The position numbers and the translations under genes are program-made. A model generated the notes under the pieces. The model worked only from the letters and a program-made list of their open reading frames with translations. It was not told the origin of the DNA and searched no databases. 64,000 nt of DNA. It comes from Octopus sinensis. Taxonomy: Eukaryota. Location: positions 102,796,001-102,860,000 of the forward strand of contig NC_043005.1 of assembly GCF_006345805.1 (NCBI RefSeq), given 5' to 3'. This document shows positions 39,799 to 54,200 of the stretch, in pieces (the first letter of the stretch is position 1; each line of letters begins with the position of its first letter).

Positions 39799-42534
39799 TT
39801 TTCCCCTTCTTACTCTTCGAGTAAAAGAAAATACAGGACAATCAGATAATTATGATTTTATTCAACATATTCGCGTCTCAGATTCACATACTTATTGCAG
39901 TGGTCCTTCAGTGTAAAAAAACTCGGAAAGTTGGGCCTAACCATTCCTAACCATTCCTTTCGCGACACCCTTAAAGCCAGGAACGTTTCAGCACCACCTT
40001 GTATGTTGTATTTCCTCCGTTCTTTAACTCCTTATCCTTTTCCTTATCTCTCTCCTCATAGTTCACCTCAGCCTCCCCCTCTCCCTCTTCATCATAATCA
40101 TCTCAATTCATTAGTATCTACATGCGTATATATTATTATTTTTATGTATCACTTTCAGATAATTTGCTTGGAAGCAATTTCTACTATAGTCTAGCAACAT
40201 CAGAACCCTCGAATGTGTATTCACTTATATATTATATTTCATAAAATGATGAAATAATATATTTTGTATAGAATTCACAAAAAAGTTTACACATATCAAA
40301 ATTTGTACGTAAATTGTTTGTGGAATCATGCATTTCGCTTCGTTAAAGGTTACATATATTTTTGTAATTTTTCCTCTAATCATCTCAAAATTTGCCGATT
40401 TCGTTAACATTTTTGTAGACTATTTATTCACCATCACTCTTTAAAATCTTCAGTCGTTCTCACATGTGTATTTAATGCATTTCTTTCCCTAATTCTGTTG
40501 CTTTCGCTTTTATTCATGGTATCAAAAAAAAAAAAAAAGAATCCCAACCTCCAATAATTCTTACCCAGAATTCAAGTGCAGGGACATAGACAAATTTATC
40601 ATGTAATCTCATAAATACAACTTATGTATATTTTCTTATTCTTTCTTTTTTATTTGCTTGTTTCATATTTCTTTCTCTCTTTTCTTCCTTCTGTCTATAT
40701 TATATACGTATATATATGTGTGTGTAAATGTGTATATATATATATATTTTTTCAGCAACACATTTTCCTACGTATTTTTTTCCTGCGTGGAAACACCACT
40801 CCCATTTTTGCTATTATATAGATATAGAATATATATATATATATATATTATAGATATATATATATATAGATATATATATATATATATATAATGTGTGTAT
40901 GTGTGTGTGTTAGCTGACAATTGTGCTCTCTTTTTACATCTTCTATTACTTGATTTCTAGAAATCAAATTTGCTTTCACTTTTGCGAGAAATCTTGCGAT
41001 TGGTGTCGTGATTTTACAGCAAAGAAATGTTAAGTTCTATTCAGAATGCCAGCACACACCCTAACAGCACACATGCATACACAAATTAAACACGCAACTT
41101 CATACATTCAAACAATATCTCATGCTCTTGAATTATACAATTCTAATATATTTTCTGTTCAATCCTATTCCTAGTTTGCTATTTGGGAACCATATTTACT
41201 GTAAAGGAAATATTTATAATGTCTCTTGTTATGTTTGGGATGTGCTCAGTAGCAGTGATGGCTGTGAATAGCACGTGACTTGCTAGTTTGACGCGCATAA
41301 ATGTGTATACAGATTACAATTCCATGCGTTACTTGCTTGCTGTGATCATTTTATAACATTCCCTATACAAGCCAGACTATGCGCGCACCACTGGAATATT
41401 ATATCAATGTAATGTGCGTACGCTATTAGTAAAATGCGAAGAGGATTACAGAAAAATGAATGAAAATAATTCCTTTGTTCAGCATTGATATAAAAGGAAA
41501 CATTATTGAGTGTCGAGCCCACGTCAAGCTTTCAATAACCATTGATACCAATACCATAGCACTTATTTTAATAAATATCTTTGATAAATTCTTACTTGAA
41601 GCTTTTAAGTATGGATCAAATACATTCCACAATTTACTGTTTGAAGCTCTTAATTAAGTCACAAGTAGCCTTTATCCTACCAGTATAATTAGATAAACTT
41701 ATTATTGGATGGTCATATTTAAAATATTCTATTCAATCGTCAGCGAACAAGGATGGTGTGTGCATAAACCTATCTGCCCACTGATTAAAAAAAATTAATC
41801 AACCGGTTGTAGACATAACCATGAGTAGTGTAGTTTTCCCGTTCTCAGTGTTTAAGATAATCAACTTGGATTATGAATGCCTTTAGTGAACTTCCCACCT
41901 ATAGCAAACATTGGCACCAATCTTCCCATTTCAGTTTATCTTCTTCTGTCCAGCTGGAATTCGATCCGTAAATGGTCTCTGTTACTGTTTTCTCTGCTCA
42001 CTAACAGATAACATGCGTATGGCTGAAAACTACATCATACATTACCACAGGTAACTTTTCTGCGGACATTGCAAATCATGCTGTCAAAAAAGTATGACAC
42101 CTGCTCATCGTGTTGTTTTCTTAATCACGTGTTCAATTGGTTATTAGCTTTAACCTTTAGTCTATCCCGTCCCTACACTTCTAGCTTATCTTGCAAGAAA
42201 TACTTGCTGAAATATGTACACACACATCGACACATACACACACATCTTTATTGCTTACAAGTTTCAATCATTGGCTGTGACCATGCTAGAGCATGCTGGA
42301 AGACCTACGTCGGACATATCGTCGCCAGTTCTTATCTTAAGTCTCTTAAACATTCTAACCATTTATTTTACCAATCTGCTAAACCACAGGGACATTAAAC
42401 AAACCAACAATTGGTGTCTCGCGTTCATGGGCACAAACCGAAACATAAGCGCACATTCGTACATACATACATATGTGTGTGCGCGCCCACGCGCCTGTGT
42501 GTGTGTATACATATATATATATAAGATGAGCTTG

Positions 42535-42665
42535 TACACTGTCCTCTTTCACTGATCGGCCAGAGTCAACAATGGAAGATACCTGCCCAGTGTGTCACAC
42601 AGTGTGACTGCACACGAAAACCGTGTGATTTCAAAGCGTCGCTCTTGATCACAGTGCCATACCTG
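42535..42665 (-). mobile_element. Very old SINE family A head
   Basis: atcggcc...gaagatacctgcccagtgtgtcacacagtgtgactg resembles the reverse complement of the family A head. Confidence 0.5.
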
Positions 42666-42769
42666 TTGAAACTGTGTTGACTGTCAGAACTGTAGATTAC
42701 GGGGATATTCGATACAATTCTTATTTTACAGAAGAATGTTCCATTTACGCCTGGAAAACATAAGAAATC

Positions 42770-43330
42770 CGTTTGATACGTGCCAAACGGTTACTTAACA
42801 AGGTTAAAACCCCACACAAGCATTGCATTGATTCGGTTCTTCTCTGATGATAAGCGCATCAACGAAAACCAAATGTCAAAGAGGAGAAACAGCAGACAGT
42901 TATATGCTGATCTTTCTAATGTATCCAGAGCAACGTTATCTAAGTTTCCAGCGACTGTAATTGTTCCAGGAGTTGTGAGGAAATAGGACCAAGTCACGTT
43001 AGGTTACATGTTTCCACAGCGTTGTAGAATTAAAGCTGTTGGTTAAGCTGAGATGTTAGAGAAAGTTGTTAAGCCCCGGATAATGTCATATGTGTTTCAA
43101 TAAAACTCAGCGCCTTCTCATAAAGCCAATTTAACCTAAGAATAAATGTCAGACAATGTTATCATGTTAAAGCGTTGCCTCCGAACTAACCAGATTTAAA
43201 TCCTATGGACTAATATGTTTGGAGCATTATTCAAAGGGAGACTAATCGACATCGTCAAAATACCAGAGTATCAATTACAGTGACTCTGGAGTGGCTAAGG
43301 TCCATTAGTGCACATTCGCAATAAACACCT
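42770..43330 (+). mobile_element. Degraded Tc1/mariner-superfamily transposase, maT/DD37D-like
   Basis: FFSDDK...RRNSR...KFPATVIV.GVV, YVFQ*NSAPSHKA and LPPN*PDLNPMD*YVWS motifs with stops. Confidence 0.75.
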
Positions 43331-44043
43331 TACACAGCACAAGTAAATTTCGCTTGCAATTTAATTTGAAAGAAAACTAAGAAAATAATTAATAATTAAA
43401 AAGTTTTCAATATAACTTGCTATAACTCAGACGTGCTATTGTCTCAAGCAAATAGATACCCCATCCGTAATAGAAATGACATTATCCGGGGCTTAACAAC
43501 TTGTCTTGTTCCCCATTTACAATTGTGGTAAAGATTCTTTTATATTATTTGTTCATAGTTTCCTATATTCTATGTTATTTCAATTTTTCTTTATCAGTTA
43601 TATTTATTTATTTCTTTTTCGTTTTCTCGTTACCTTGTTTAAATTTAGGTAAATTTCTAATTTTCTATCTAGCGCATACACTTGACTGATATGATGGTGT
43701 TTATAAGAAATGAAAAATTTTCAGAGTAATAACAACAAAACATGAGAAACTAAACTTTTACTGACGACATGAATGTCTTCCATACATTGTGTACATAAAG
43801 GGTGAAAGTTGTGAATATATTAGAGATGAACTGTTCAAGTAAGCGTTATGTCCCGACGATCGGGACATATGAAAACAGACTCTTATAGTACAATTTTGAC
43901 CATGGATATTTATAGAAACCTATAAACATAATTTCTTGAATACTGAAATGAAAACTACACGAAGGACGCAAAACTGCTGAAATTGTATGGAAACCTTCAG
44001 GTAATAAAATATATCTTCACCTCACATAACTCCTGACTATATG

Positions 44044-44089
<46 letters not shown>

Positions 44090-44127
44090 TATATATATAT
44101 ATAATATAGACACACAGACCTTATATA

Positions 44128-44327
44128 AAGTTAATCCAAACATGAAAATGAAAACACAAAGAGAAATCACAACAACGCTAGGGCGTGGAACAAGTATAGT
44201 GTTATTGGATGCTCAGGAAAGAATGATGGGGGGGAATCAACGTTTCGAGCGGAACTCTTCGACAGAAAAATAGGGAAAGGAAAGATCCAAGGAAGGGAAA
44301 GGGAGGAAAAAATCGCCAACGATTCAC
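44128..44327 (-). mobile_element. PLE-like terminal fragment with minimal HHR-like motif and TSD
   Basis: Minus strand CTGTCGA-a-gag-ttccg-ctc-GAAAC-GTT (44239-44265). Flanked by accttatata (44118-44127 / 44328-44337). Confidence 0.55.
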
Positions 44328-44403
44328 ACCTTATATATATATATTATATATATATATATATATTATATATCATATATATATATATATATATATATCATAT
44401 ATA

Positions 44404-44435
<32 letters not shown>

Positions 44436-44437
<2 letters not shown>

Positions 44438-44768
44438 CGCATGGCTCAGTGGTTAGAGCGTCGAGCTTACGATCGTGAGGTTGTGAGCTCGAATCCCAGA
44501 CCGGGCTGCGTGTTGTGTTCTTGAGCAAGGCACTTTATTTCACGTTGCTCCAGTTCACTCAGCTGTAGAAATGAGTTGCGACGTCACTGGTGCCAAGCTG
44601 TATCGACCTTTGTCTTTCCCTTGTATAACACTGGTGGCGTGGAGAGGGGAGGCTGGTATGCATTGGCGACTGCTGGTCATCCATAAACAACCTTGCCCGG
44701 ACTTGTGTCTAGGAGGGTAACTTTCGAGGTGCAATCCCATGGTCATTCATGACCGAAGGGGGTCTTTA
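44436..44768 (+). mobile_element. tRNA(Arg)-like SINE family C, full length
   Basis: ggcgcatggctcagtggttagagc (A box), anticodon-like ttACGat, B box gagctcgaatccc, followed by a non-tRNA body. Confidence 0.85.
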
Positions 44769-45204
44769 TATATATATATGTATATGTGTGTGTGTGTGTG
44801 TGTGCGTGTGTGTGTGTGTGCATGTGTTAGTGTCTTTGCGCGTGTTTGTGTGTGTGTGTCTGTGTTCGTGTGCATTTCTATACATACATAAGCACATACA
44901 TACGCGCAAACATACATCCTTCCGTACGTATATACATACGTATGTTGTCCTCTATTAACGATAAATTGTCGGATTCGATATATTTATACGGAAACAAACA
45001 ATATGTACATCTCTTTTAAATACTACAATATGCTCATTGATATATATATGATACAGTTAATATTAGAGCAATTCAAAGAGATTCTTACAAAGTATTAGAG
45101 ATCTACGTAAGTATATGCGCAGATATACTTTTAGGTGCATGCGTCACTATATATGCACGTTTGTGTGCACATGAATATCTACGTGCTTATGCATAGACAA
45201 TTTC

Positions 45205-45266
<62 letters not shown>

Positions 45267-47540
45267 TATATGTTATTATATATATATTTATATATATATA
45301 TATGTATATATATATATTATATATATATATGTATATATATATATTTATATATTATATATATATATTTATATATATATATATATGGACAGCGTGTGTATGC
45401 GTGCGTTGGTGTACCTTTTCAATTAAAAAAATTTCTGTTTAAGACCTTGCATTACAAAGTATGTTAATATATATACAATAATATTTTTATTGCATAGAAA
45501 GTATGAGCATCAGAAGTTAGTTTATAAGCGAGCATACACACATAAAAATACGCACACATGCAAACTTATACACACACACACACACACACATATGCAGAGA
45601 AATAAAGAAAGATGTATAGATATATAGACCGACATATATATATAATCACAGATGTTCATATACATTCATGTATATGCATTTATGTATGTATATTCATGTA
45701 TGTGCAGGTGTACATTAAAAATATATACGTATAATGATGTGTATTATATTGGATTCTATTTGTGCGTTTATCTAAAAAAATTTTAAATGCTAGCACAGAT
45801 TTATATAACAATAACCAATATACATGAAATTAAAGAATTGGAGTCTGTTTAAAGAGAATTTAATATACAGAATATAAATAAAATATATTGCCAAATTGAT
45901 CTAATACCAAGTGGATGTATGTACATAGGAATATATGCATATAACTATGTCTATTTTAAATCTACATTTATATCTCTATTTCTATCCATATATTATATAT
46001 ATATATATATATATATAATTATGGTGAGAGAGAGAAGAGAGAGAGTGAGAGTGATAAAAACTCACATATATACACACACACATCTATATATACATATATA
46101 TATATATATATATGCATATACTTATACATATATATATGTGTGTGTGTGTGTGTGTGTAGGCGTGTATCATATATATATATATATGTCTATATATGTATAT
46201 ATATATGTATATATATGTATATTTATATATATATATGTATATATATATATGTATGTATTTATGTATGTATGTATACACACACTTACATATATAATTGATG
46301 ATAAATACAGATACATTTTTGAATGAAACAGATTTGAATGCTTTATCTTGTTTGATATATTTGAATGTGATTTGAATTCATATCTTAGATTTATAACCTA
46401 AAACTATCTTTCTTAATCTCAAAATATATAATATATTCAGATAATACTATAATTCGCAGTCAATTTGATGATTAAGGAAGCAGAATGCTTCAATTGAAAC
46501 AAATATAAAGCAATTAGAGAATGAATTATCATGAAAGATATTTTCCTTTTAACTATTTGAAATTCTCTGATAGGGACAGTACCTGGTTCTAATAAAAGAA
46601 TAACATTGTTATCTGAAATTTCCATTCGATCAACGCTAACAGTTACTTTTTAATTTGACCAGCTTTCGCTGCCCCGCTTTCAGAATGTATATTTGTAAAG
46701 TTTGAGTCAGCCAGTCATTTCCATTGTCAAAAAGCTTTAGATTTTCTGAAGTGATACTCATTTACCAACATACCTACATTCATCACTCGTAGAAATTAAT
46801 CATTTGCAGGTAAAATTTACAGGTTCTTGGGTGCCTTCCAGATTTCTTCTTCCCTGAAAAGTTTTGGATGGCGTTGGATCCTCCATGGGGGTTTTCTGTT
46901 GTTTGTTTGGTGAGTTGGGGTTTCGATTTTGGTTATTTTGCCTTTTCCTTTTTCTTCCTTTCCATCTTTATTTTTGTTTTCCATCCTTCCGTTTTTCTAC
47001 TGTTTCTCTAATGGAGCGAGAGCTCCGTTTCTTTGTAGGACCACTGGCGCAGGGGGGCTTCCAGTTACTGCTCCCTTGGATCCCCTATCCTTTTCTGAAA
47101 GGTGATACATTTTCTTGAGGAACCTCTGGATCACAGAGACTTCCGGATTTTGTTTCCTTTTCTTTTTCCTCTTCTCCATCCTCATTAACCTTGCCACAAT
47201 AAATTTCGATTATGTTATCCAAGGTGTTGATGTGTGGTCTTATAAGCATATAAGACCGGATAAATTCACTCTTTGTGAGAGTTTATTATTCAATGTTTAT
47301 TGTCTGAACGCTTGGATGTAATTGCGCATAACGTACTCTCTTAGTAAATTTTAGAAGATATTTTCACATCTGCCAGTTAGCTTACCCTTTATAACTGCAA
47401 TCTGACAACTATACCATGTGGATGTATAAGACAGTTATTTACTTTTTCAGTCGACACATGGAATTTCCAAATAAATGTGACAGAAGTAACATTTTCGATT
47501 AAGTATTTGTGTGTAGTATAGATGCAGACACACACACATA

Positions 47541-48825
47541 TCCGAGTGGGTGCTGAAAAGGTCCCGGGTTTCAGAATATCGGGCATATGGGGTAGTGGTT
47601 AAGAGCGCGGGCTACTAACCCCAAGATATCGTGAAAGGGTTGAGCATTTACCTTTACAAGGGAGGTAGGACAAATATTTAATGAAAGATATGCAAAAATA
47701 AATCATGATGCTATACAGTATATCTTTCGCGGGTTTAACGTATGATGGCATCTCCTAGAGTGGATTTTGGTAGAACTGAAGCACGGGCAGCCATGAAGTT
47801 CCTCGTTTCACAAGGTAAAATTGCAGCAAAAATCCATGGCGAGATGAAGGAATTGCTGCCTATCTTACTCCGCAGTGAAAATCTGAGAGTCATATTTTCG
47901 GACAAGTCATTTCGAGGTGACAGGTGAACCCCGATGAGGACAGCTAACTTCCCCGACCACAGGAGAAAAAGCCGAGGTTGTGCACGTCATTTTTCCCGAG
48001 GACCGCCTAATTTCATCTAAAGTCGTAGCTGTAACTGTGGGCATTTTCCACGAAAGAGTTGGACACATGAATCACAACATTTTGAACATGAGAAAGTTTT
48101 TCACAAAATGGTTGCTGAAATGCCTGAATGCAGATCAGAAGCGCATCAGCGTGACCGTGCGATATTGGACCGGTTTGCCGCGGGGGAGAATGATTTTATG
48201 GTTCGTTTAGTCACAATAGATGAAACGTAGCTTCATCGTTATAGTCCCCAGCCCAAGCAGCACTCAATGGAGTGGCGCCACACCGTGTCCCAAGAGGTTT
48301 CGGACCCAGAATTCAACTTCAAAGATTCTGGCTTTAGTGTTCTGGGAGAAAGATGGAATATTATTCGTAAAATACTTGCCAAATATTCGCACCATGAACG
48401 CAGAATAGTACATGCTTCTGTTGGATCAACTGCGTGGAGCCTTGAAGCAGAGACGCCATGAAAAGATGAGCCGTTCTGTAATAGTTTTGCAGGACAATAA
48501 CCCAGAACATACAGGACAGGAAGTTCTACAGAAAATACGTGGCTTTGGTTTCGAATTGTTAGATCTCTTTCTTACTCTCCAAACTTGTCTCTCCCCTACC
48601 TCTTTCCACAATAAAAGAAACATCTTAAGGAAGTGATTGCTGCTACTGAGGCCCGGTTGGATGCCAAACCTTCCGTGTTCTTTTTATAGGGCTTAAACTA
48701 CCTGAAGGTCTCCGGGAATAAGTGTGATAATCTGAGTGTGCCAAATGTTGAATAAAATTATAATTAACTGATCGATCTGTATTTTATTTTACTCAAAGTC
48801 ATGAAATTTTCTGCACTCCCCAGCA
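47541..48825 (+). mobile_element. Near full-length degraded mariner
   Basis: Frameshifted transposase (RAAMKFL..QGK, VTIDET, ALVFWEKDGI, VLQDNNPEH). Imperfect TIRs ccgagtgggtgctgaaaagg / aaattttctgcactccccagc. Confidence 0.85.
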
Positions 48826-48946
48826 TATGTATATACATATTAACATACATACGTACATACACACAGACATATGTGTATGCAAGCACACGTACATATATAT
48901 ATATATATACATATATATACACTCACACATATAATACATACATACT

Positions 48947-49050
48947 TAGAAGAGCGTCGGCTCGAAATATAAAATACTTCTTCATTTTCGCGAGCGTCAA
49001 ATTATTACACTTGCTTCTAGTTCCTACACCTGTCTTTTCTATAAATTTCG
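48947..49050 (+). mobile_element. Short PLE-like end fragment
   Basis: tagaagagcgtcggctcgaaa...gagcgt...tacacctgtctt, homologous to 19710-19800. Confidence 0.5.
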
Positions 49051-49088
49051 AATATACACACACACATATAAATATAATAAACATTATA

Positions 49089-49145
<57 letters not shown>

Positions 49146-49199
49146 CACAAACACACACATACAGACACGCACATATTTTTTGTCTGTATATATATATCA

Positions 49200-49473
49200 A
49201 CGTGATCACCGTGACCGACCAGGCTATCAGATGTTGATACACATCGCTGGTCACAATGCGCTTTGCATTGCTTTAGCCTTCAAGTGACGCCACCCCGCTT
49301 GAGTACTACAGAAGAAAGAGTGTGAGAAAGTTGTGGCGAAAGAGAACAGCTGGGGTCACCACCACGCCCTGCCGTAGCCTCGTGGAGCTTTAGGTGTTTT
49401 CGCTTAATAAACACTCACAACGCTAGGTCTGGGAATCGAGTCCGCTGCCCTAACCACTGGGCCATTGCGCCTC

Positions 49474-49475
<2 letters not shown>
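49200..49475 (-). mobile_element. tRNA-derived SINE family D
   Basis: Minus-strand head ggcgcaatggcccagtggttagggcagcggactcg, shared with 61461. Confidence 0.8.
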
Positions 49476-49545
<70 letters not shown>

Positions 49546-50211
49546 TATGAGTGTGTGCGTGTGTATGTATACAGGCGTTGCTAGTCCATGGCTACGGTAT
49601 AATGACGAAGCGCTGAAAACTGAAAGCGACTTAAAGGTTAAGGAAGATTAAAAACAGTTCTTCATATTGAATAAAGTTCTTTGAGGAAAATCATGTCGAT
49701 ATATTTAATCACGTCTAATATTTTAGATCCCTTTTGTACTTCATTTCATTTCCCACATGGATACATGTCTCACTGTAACTGAAGAAAAATCAATTTTGGC
49801 ATCAATTATATATTCTAGCAATACGTTGCGTTGCTGATATCCAGATACATGCATACGTAATCGTGTGTTAAGTTGCTGTTAAATAGAAGGAACAAAAAAT
49901 AGAGGCTAATAACGAAGTAAGATTTCAAATTTAGTTTTTGTTTTACGTTGATGTTTCATAGAATTGATTTACACTTAAACTGATTCGAATTTTCAGATTG
50001 CATTTTACAATAAATCGTAATTAACTTTTTGCTCAAAAGAAACACGCACACAGGCCTAAGTTTTTCTACGAAAAAATATGTTAAGTGAAAACGTACCAAA
50101 CTTTGCATGTTATTGTTCATGTGTATGAGTATCGATGTGTACGTAAATATGCATATATATATATATATATATACATATATGTGTGTGTGTGTGTGTGAGT
50201 ATCTGCGTGTT

Positions 50212-50244
<33 letters not shown>

Positions 50245-50259
50245 AAGTATCTGCGTGTT

Positions 50260-50310
<51 letters not shown>

Positions 50311-50339
50311 TATATATATGTATACATATATTTTTATGT

Positions 50340-50978
50340 ATAAATGAGCTACTCCGTGTCGGTCACCGGTGTGGTACTTGATTACTTTATAGCGTGTTTG
50401 AGTATTGGTTTGGTGTGTGGAAAGTGATAGTTTACCTCATGGGCAGTTACAAGCTCTTAAACCTTGGTTGGTAATCTACCTAGGAGAAGGAAATCACCAA
50501 AATAAAACCTGAGGCCTTGGATGCTCCTGGGTTTGTCAATTTTCATGTCACACCGGCGAAAGTCTTCTAAGCCAATGGGTGATGGTAGGGCAGTGCAAAC
50601 TACACCCATTGGAAATTATTCATCTGCACACGTATTTCTTGTACACGAAATTTTAGTAAAATCATTGAATTTGTTGGTTGACAGAAACCTAAAAATTCAC
50701 TTGTAACTTACTCTAAAAGACTCGGGAACATCAGGGAAACAGGTCTGGCTCGGCAGGTGTCCCAGTGTATCACAGGCTAGACCCTGTCGTCATCCTGCTA
50801 CTGTGGTCAAACAATCTTCATGAAAAAGTAAAAATAAACCTCCCTTCAATTTTCGCTGCTGAAATGTGCGAACACTTTAAGGCGTTCTGCACTTATTGCA
50901 CGTGAGGTTAGGAAATGTTCCGTTGATATAGTTGCACTCTCTGACACTCGGCTCTCTGATGAGGGTCAAGTAAAATAA
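50340..50978 (+). mobile_element. RTE-clade LINE 5' fragment (UTR plus APE start)
   Basis: FRC*NVRTL followed by RSALIAREVRKCSVDIVALSDTRLSDEGQV, the typical RTE endonuclease N-terminus. The 5' boundary is approximate. Confidence 0.75.
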
Positions 50979-51039
50979 TCTACTTATGGATATACTATCT
51001 TTTGGAGAGGCTTACCTAAGGGTCAGCGTAGAGAATCTG

Positions 51040-51085
51040 GTAGTGGTAGTAGTAGTAGTAGTAGTAGTACTAGTAGTAGTAGTAA

Positions 51086-51122
<37 letters not shown>

Positions 51123-51187
51123 TGTAGTAGTAGCAGTAGTACTGGTGATGGTGGTGATGGTAGTAGTAGTGGTGGTGGTGGTGGTGA

Positions 51188-51238
<51 letters not shown>

Positions 51239-51248
51239 AGATAGTAGC
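51040..51248. repeat. (TAG/TGG)n microsatellite
   Basis: Direct repeat run. Confidence 0.95.
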
Positions 51249-54200
51249 AGTGGCATTTGTTATAATTGTTGCAGTATATTTCTCTTTCATATGCCATATA
51301 TTAAAAATATTCGTAGTTATTTTTCCAGTTTCTTATACATTGTTCTGATATCTAGCGTTCCTTCATGTATGATAACCAGTAACAAACATACTAGTAACAA
51401 TTCATATTTATATATGTATGCTTGTATGTGTATACACACACATACACACATATGACTGTGTATATACATATCTGCATATATATATATATATATTATAAAT
51501 GTACGTATATATTTATATATATATATATATACTTACATGTTCACGTATTTATATATATATATATATCATACATTTATATTTGCATACATATATACATATA
51601 TCATACATATACACGCACACACGCAGACACACACACACACACATACACACACACACACGTATGTATGTATCGGAAGCTACACTGATAACTAGATAGATAG
51701 ATGCATTTGATTAGATTCTATATTTCTATTTCCGTCGGATGTTCGTCTTATCATTGAATTTATAAGCGAAATCAGCCATGTAACATAAACATTCTAACAT
51801 ATCTCTGGACTAGCGAGAAAATTAACATGGATGATGTTTTATATTTTACGGCCTTTTTCAATATCCGTGGCGACGAGTATCGACTGCACTATTTATTACT
51901 TATCCACCAAAGCTTAAAACATGCGCCATTTTGATATTGTTTCGTTTGAAATATTCTTATACGATGCAATATCTTTTCAATGTTTTCTATTTACCAAGTT
52001 GCTCTGAATTTGCAGATATATTCTATACATTTTATTTTAGAAATTTGAAAATTAGCAGCTTGAATAAGTCTCCATTCGTTGAAATTTTTATTTGGAATAC
52101 ATTAAAAGTTTTAAACTTTTCACTCTCTCTGAATAGCAACCAAAAGCATCAGGTTTCCACTTTGTGAAGAGAAATATACTAACATGAATTTCAAATGAAA
52201 TATCTACTTCGATCTTGCTATTGGTTACGTTGATTCAACCAAATAGTTTAGCCAAGGTTTATTTTACAAGATAATGTACATTGCACTGACACCTGAATAT
52301 TCTGCAGATTAGATATACCAATCGGATTATATCACTAAAGCCATTGAGAACATGGATCATCTGAATACTGAAATCAATAATATCGTAAATAACACTGTTC
52401 ATGGAAATTAAGCATCGTTTTCTTGTGCTGGTGACAGAATTCTGGGCCAACATTGAATTAAACAAACATAAATGTAAATTTCCCTTAGTTTCCTTTATCT
52501 GCTGTATTTCCATTTTCTCGTGTGACTAAGAGTTCAACAATTTCGAACCAATATGTAAGGTTCTATGTCCCTAATTGTTTAATCTGGATATATTTCTGTT
52601 ACTTAGAGCGATTGGATTAGCGGGTTCTAGAGAAGAAAAATTGTGAAAAATTGTGAAAAATTGTGAAAAATTTTTAAAGTAAGAAATTTCGGTCACGATT
52701 CGTTGTAATTTTACAGGATGTAATTGCTCTTAAGTTGAGTTTCAAAATGCTAATTTTGAAGAAATATAAATTTATTGAAGACTATTTGTTTCTGAAAAGT
52801 GAAACTGATGCAGTGGGGAAATACAGTGTTAGGCAAAGAAGCTCTGGTGTATGCGACAGATTAATCTATTAGAAATAGAAATAATATCTGTCTGACATCG
52901 CACTTTTCTTTCGTATAATATGTCTCAGATAAAAGGGGTGACGCTTAAAGTAACCCATAAACACTATCTTCTTAGTCTTAAACCAAAACATATTTATTAT
53001 ATTTTACATTGGGTCTCACGTTTCGTAGAGCGTCATTGAAAATACCGGAAGGGAAATATATCCAATCCCGATGAGGTTTACTCCCGCTTACATGCCTTCG
53101 CGTTTGATTAAAGAATTATCAGTAATACGGATGAGTAAAAATAATCGGCTGTGACGTTGGTACTAGAATAGCTGGCATTTTACTGAAGTTAATAAGCTTT
53201 ATTATAATTTCCAAGGATACAAGAATAATTGTTCAGTGATTTGAACTGGTGTTTTAGGTTTCCTGGTAAATATATGAACAAGTGGAGCCTCGGGGGCCTT
53301 CTTTATCGCTAGAACTCACATAAGTAACAGCCAATAATCCTTCGAATCACTCCCTCCCATTTCAAAAGGTAAATACTTGGGGCGTCTATTGAATAATGTA
53401 ATATATCTAAATTAACAGATGACATGTTTTGAGATGACCGAGATGGATGATTTGAGACTAAACACAAGCAACAACTGCCCCTGGTATATTCGACATGTTT
53501 TCCTTGATTTATCCGCTCAACACCAATGGGAAAGTAACTCATTTCGTTTTCTGAAGCATTTTGCTGAATGACACTTTATAGCCCGGAGATGTTTCTCGTA
53601 TGAGTATTTTACCACCATTATCTGACTAAACTTGATATATCAGGATAAGCAAAGGAATTACTCTGCTTCATTTTTCAGGAACGTTCAATGTTCGAGAAAT
53701 AGACACAAGTTTTATATTTATTTTCTAACATTAATTTAATAAAATACCCTATTGATTCACAGAGATTGGTATATTTACTTATAACTATTGTTTATTGATT
53801 TACAGAATTACATCCTTTTGGCAAAGATTTTATTTATTATAATTAAATCTATATCCTGGAATAAGCTTCCAAACTTGATTAACGGTAAGTTTAGTTCAAC
53901 AATCTGTAGCAGTTTTAAAAAATTGAGGCATAAAAACATGTCCCGTGAATCTGCAGCATTGGCATGAATGATCATGACGAACTTGGACTAAAAACAATGA
54001 ATATAGCTACTTCATCTGGATAAAGTATAAATTTCCTGTAGTCATAAGTGTTAGTTAAAACGGATAACGGTTTCCGTAAAGTTTTGAGAAATAAATTAGA
54101 ATAATATCAATTTTCAAATAAAGAATATTTGTATATGCATTATTGCATTTAATCTTTTCTACAAATTTCAGTTGGTGAAAACTGGAAATTTCATTACTAA

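Noticed and set aside
43848-43868. Small palindrome atgtcccga-cga-tcgggacat
   Set aside because: An isolated 9-bp stem with no context, compatible with chance.
44436-44510. tRNA-Arg gene
   Set aside because: The acceptor and anticodon stems pair poorly and it continues into a SINE body.
50956-50975. CTGATGA resembling a hammerhead core
   Set aside because: It falls within RTE endonuclease codons (SDEG) and lacks the GAAA and stems.
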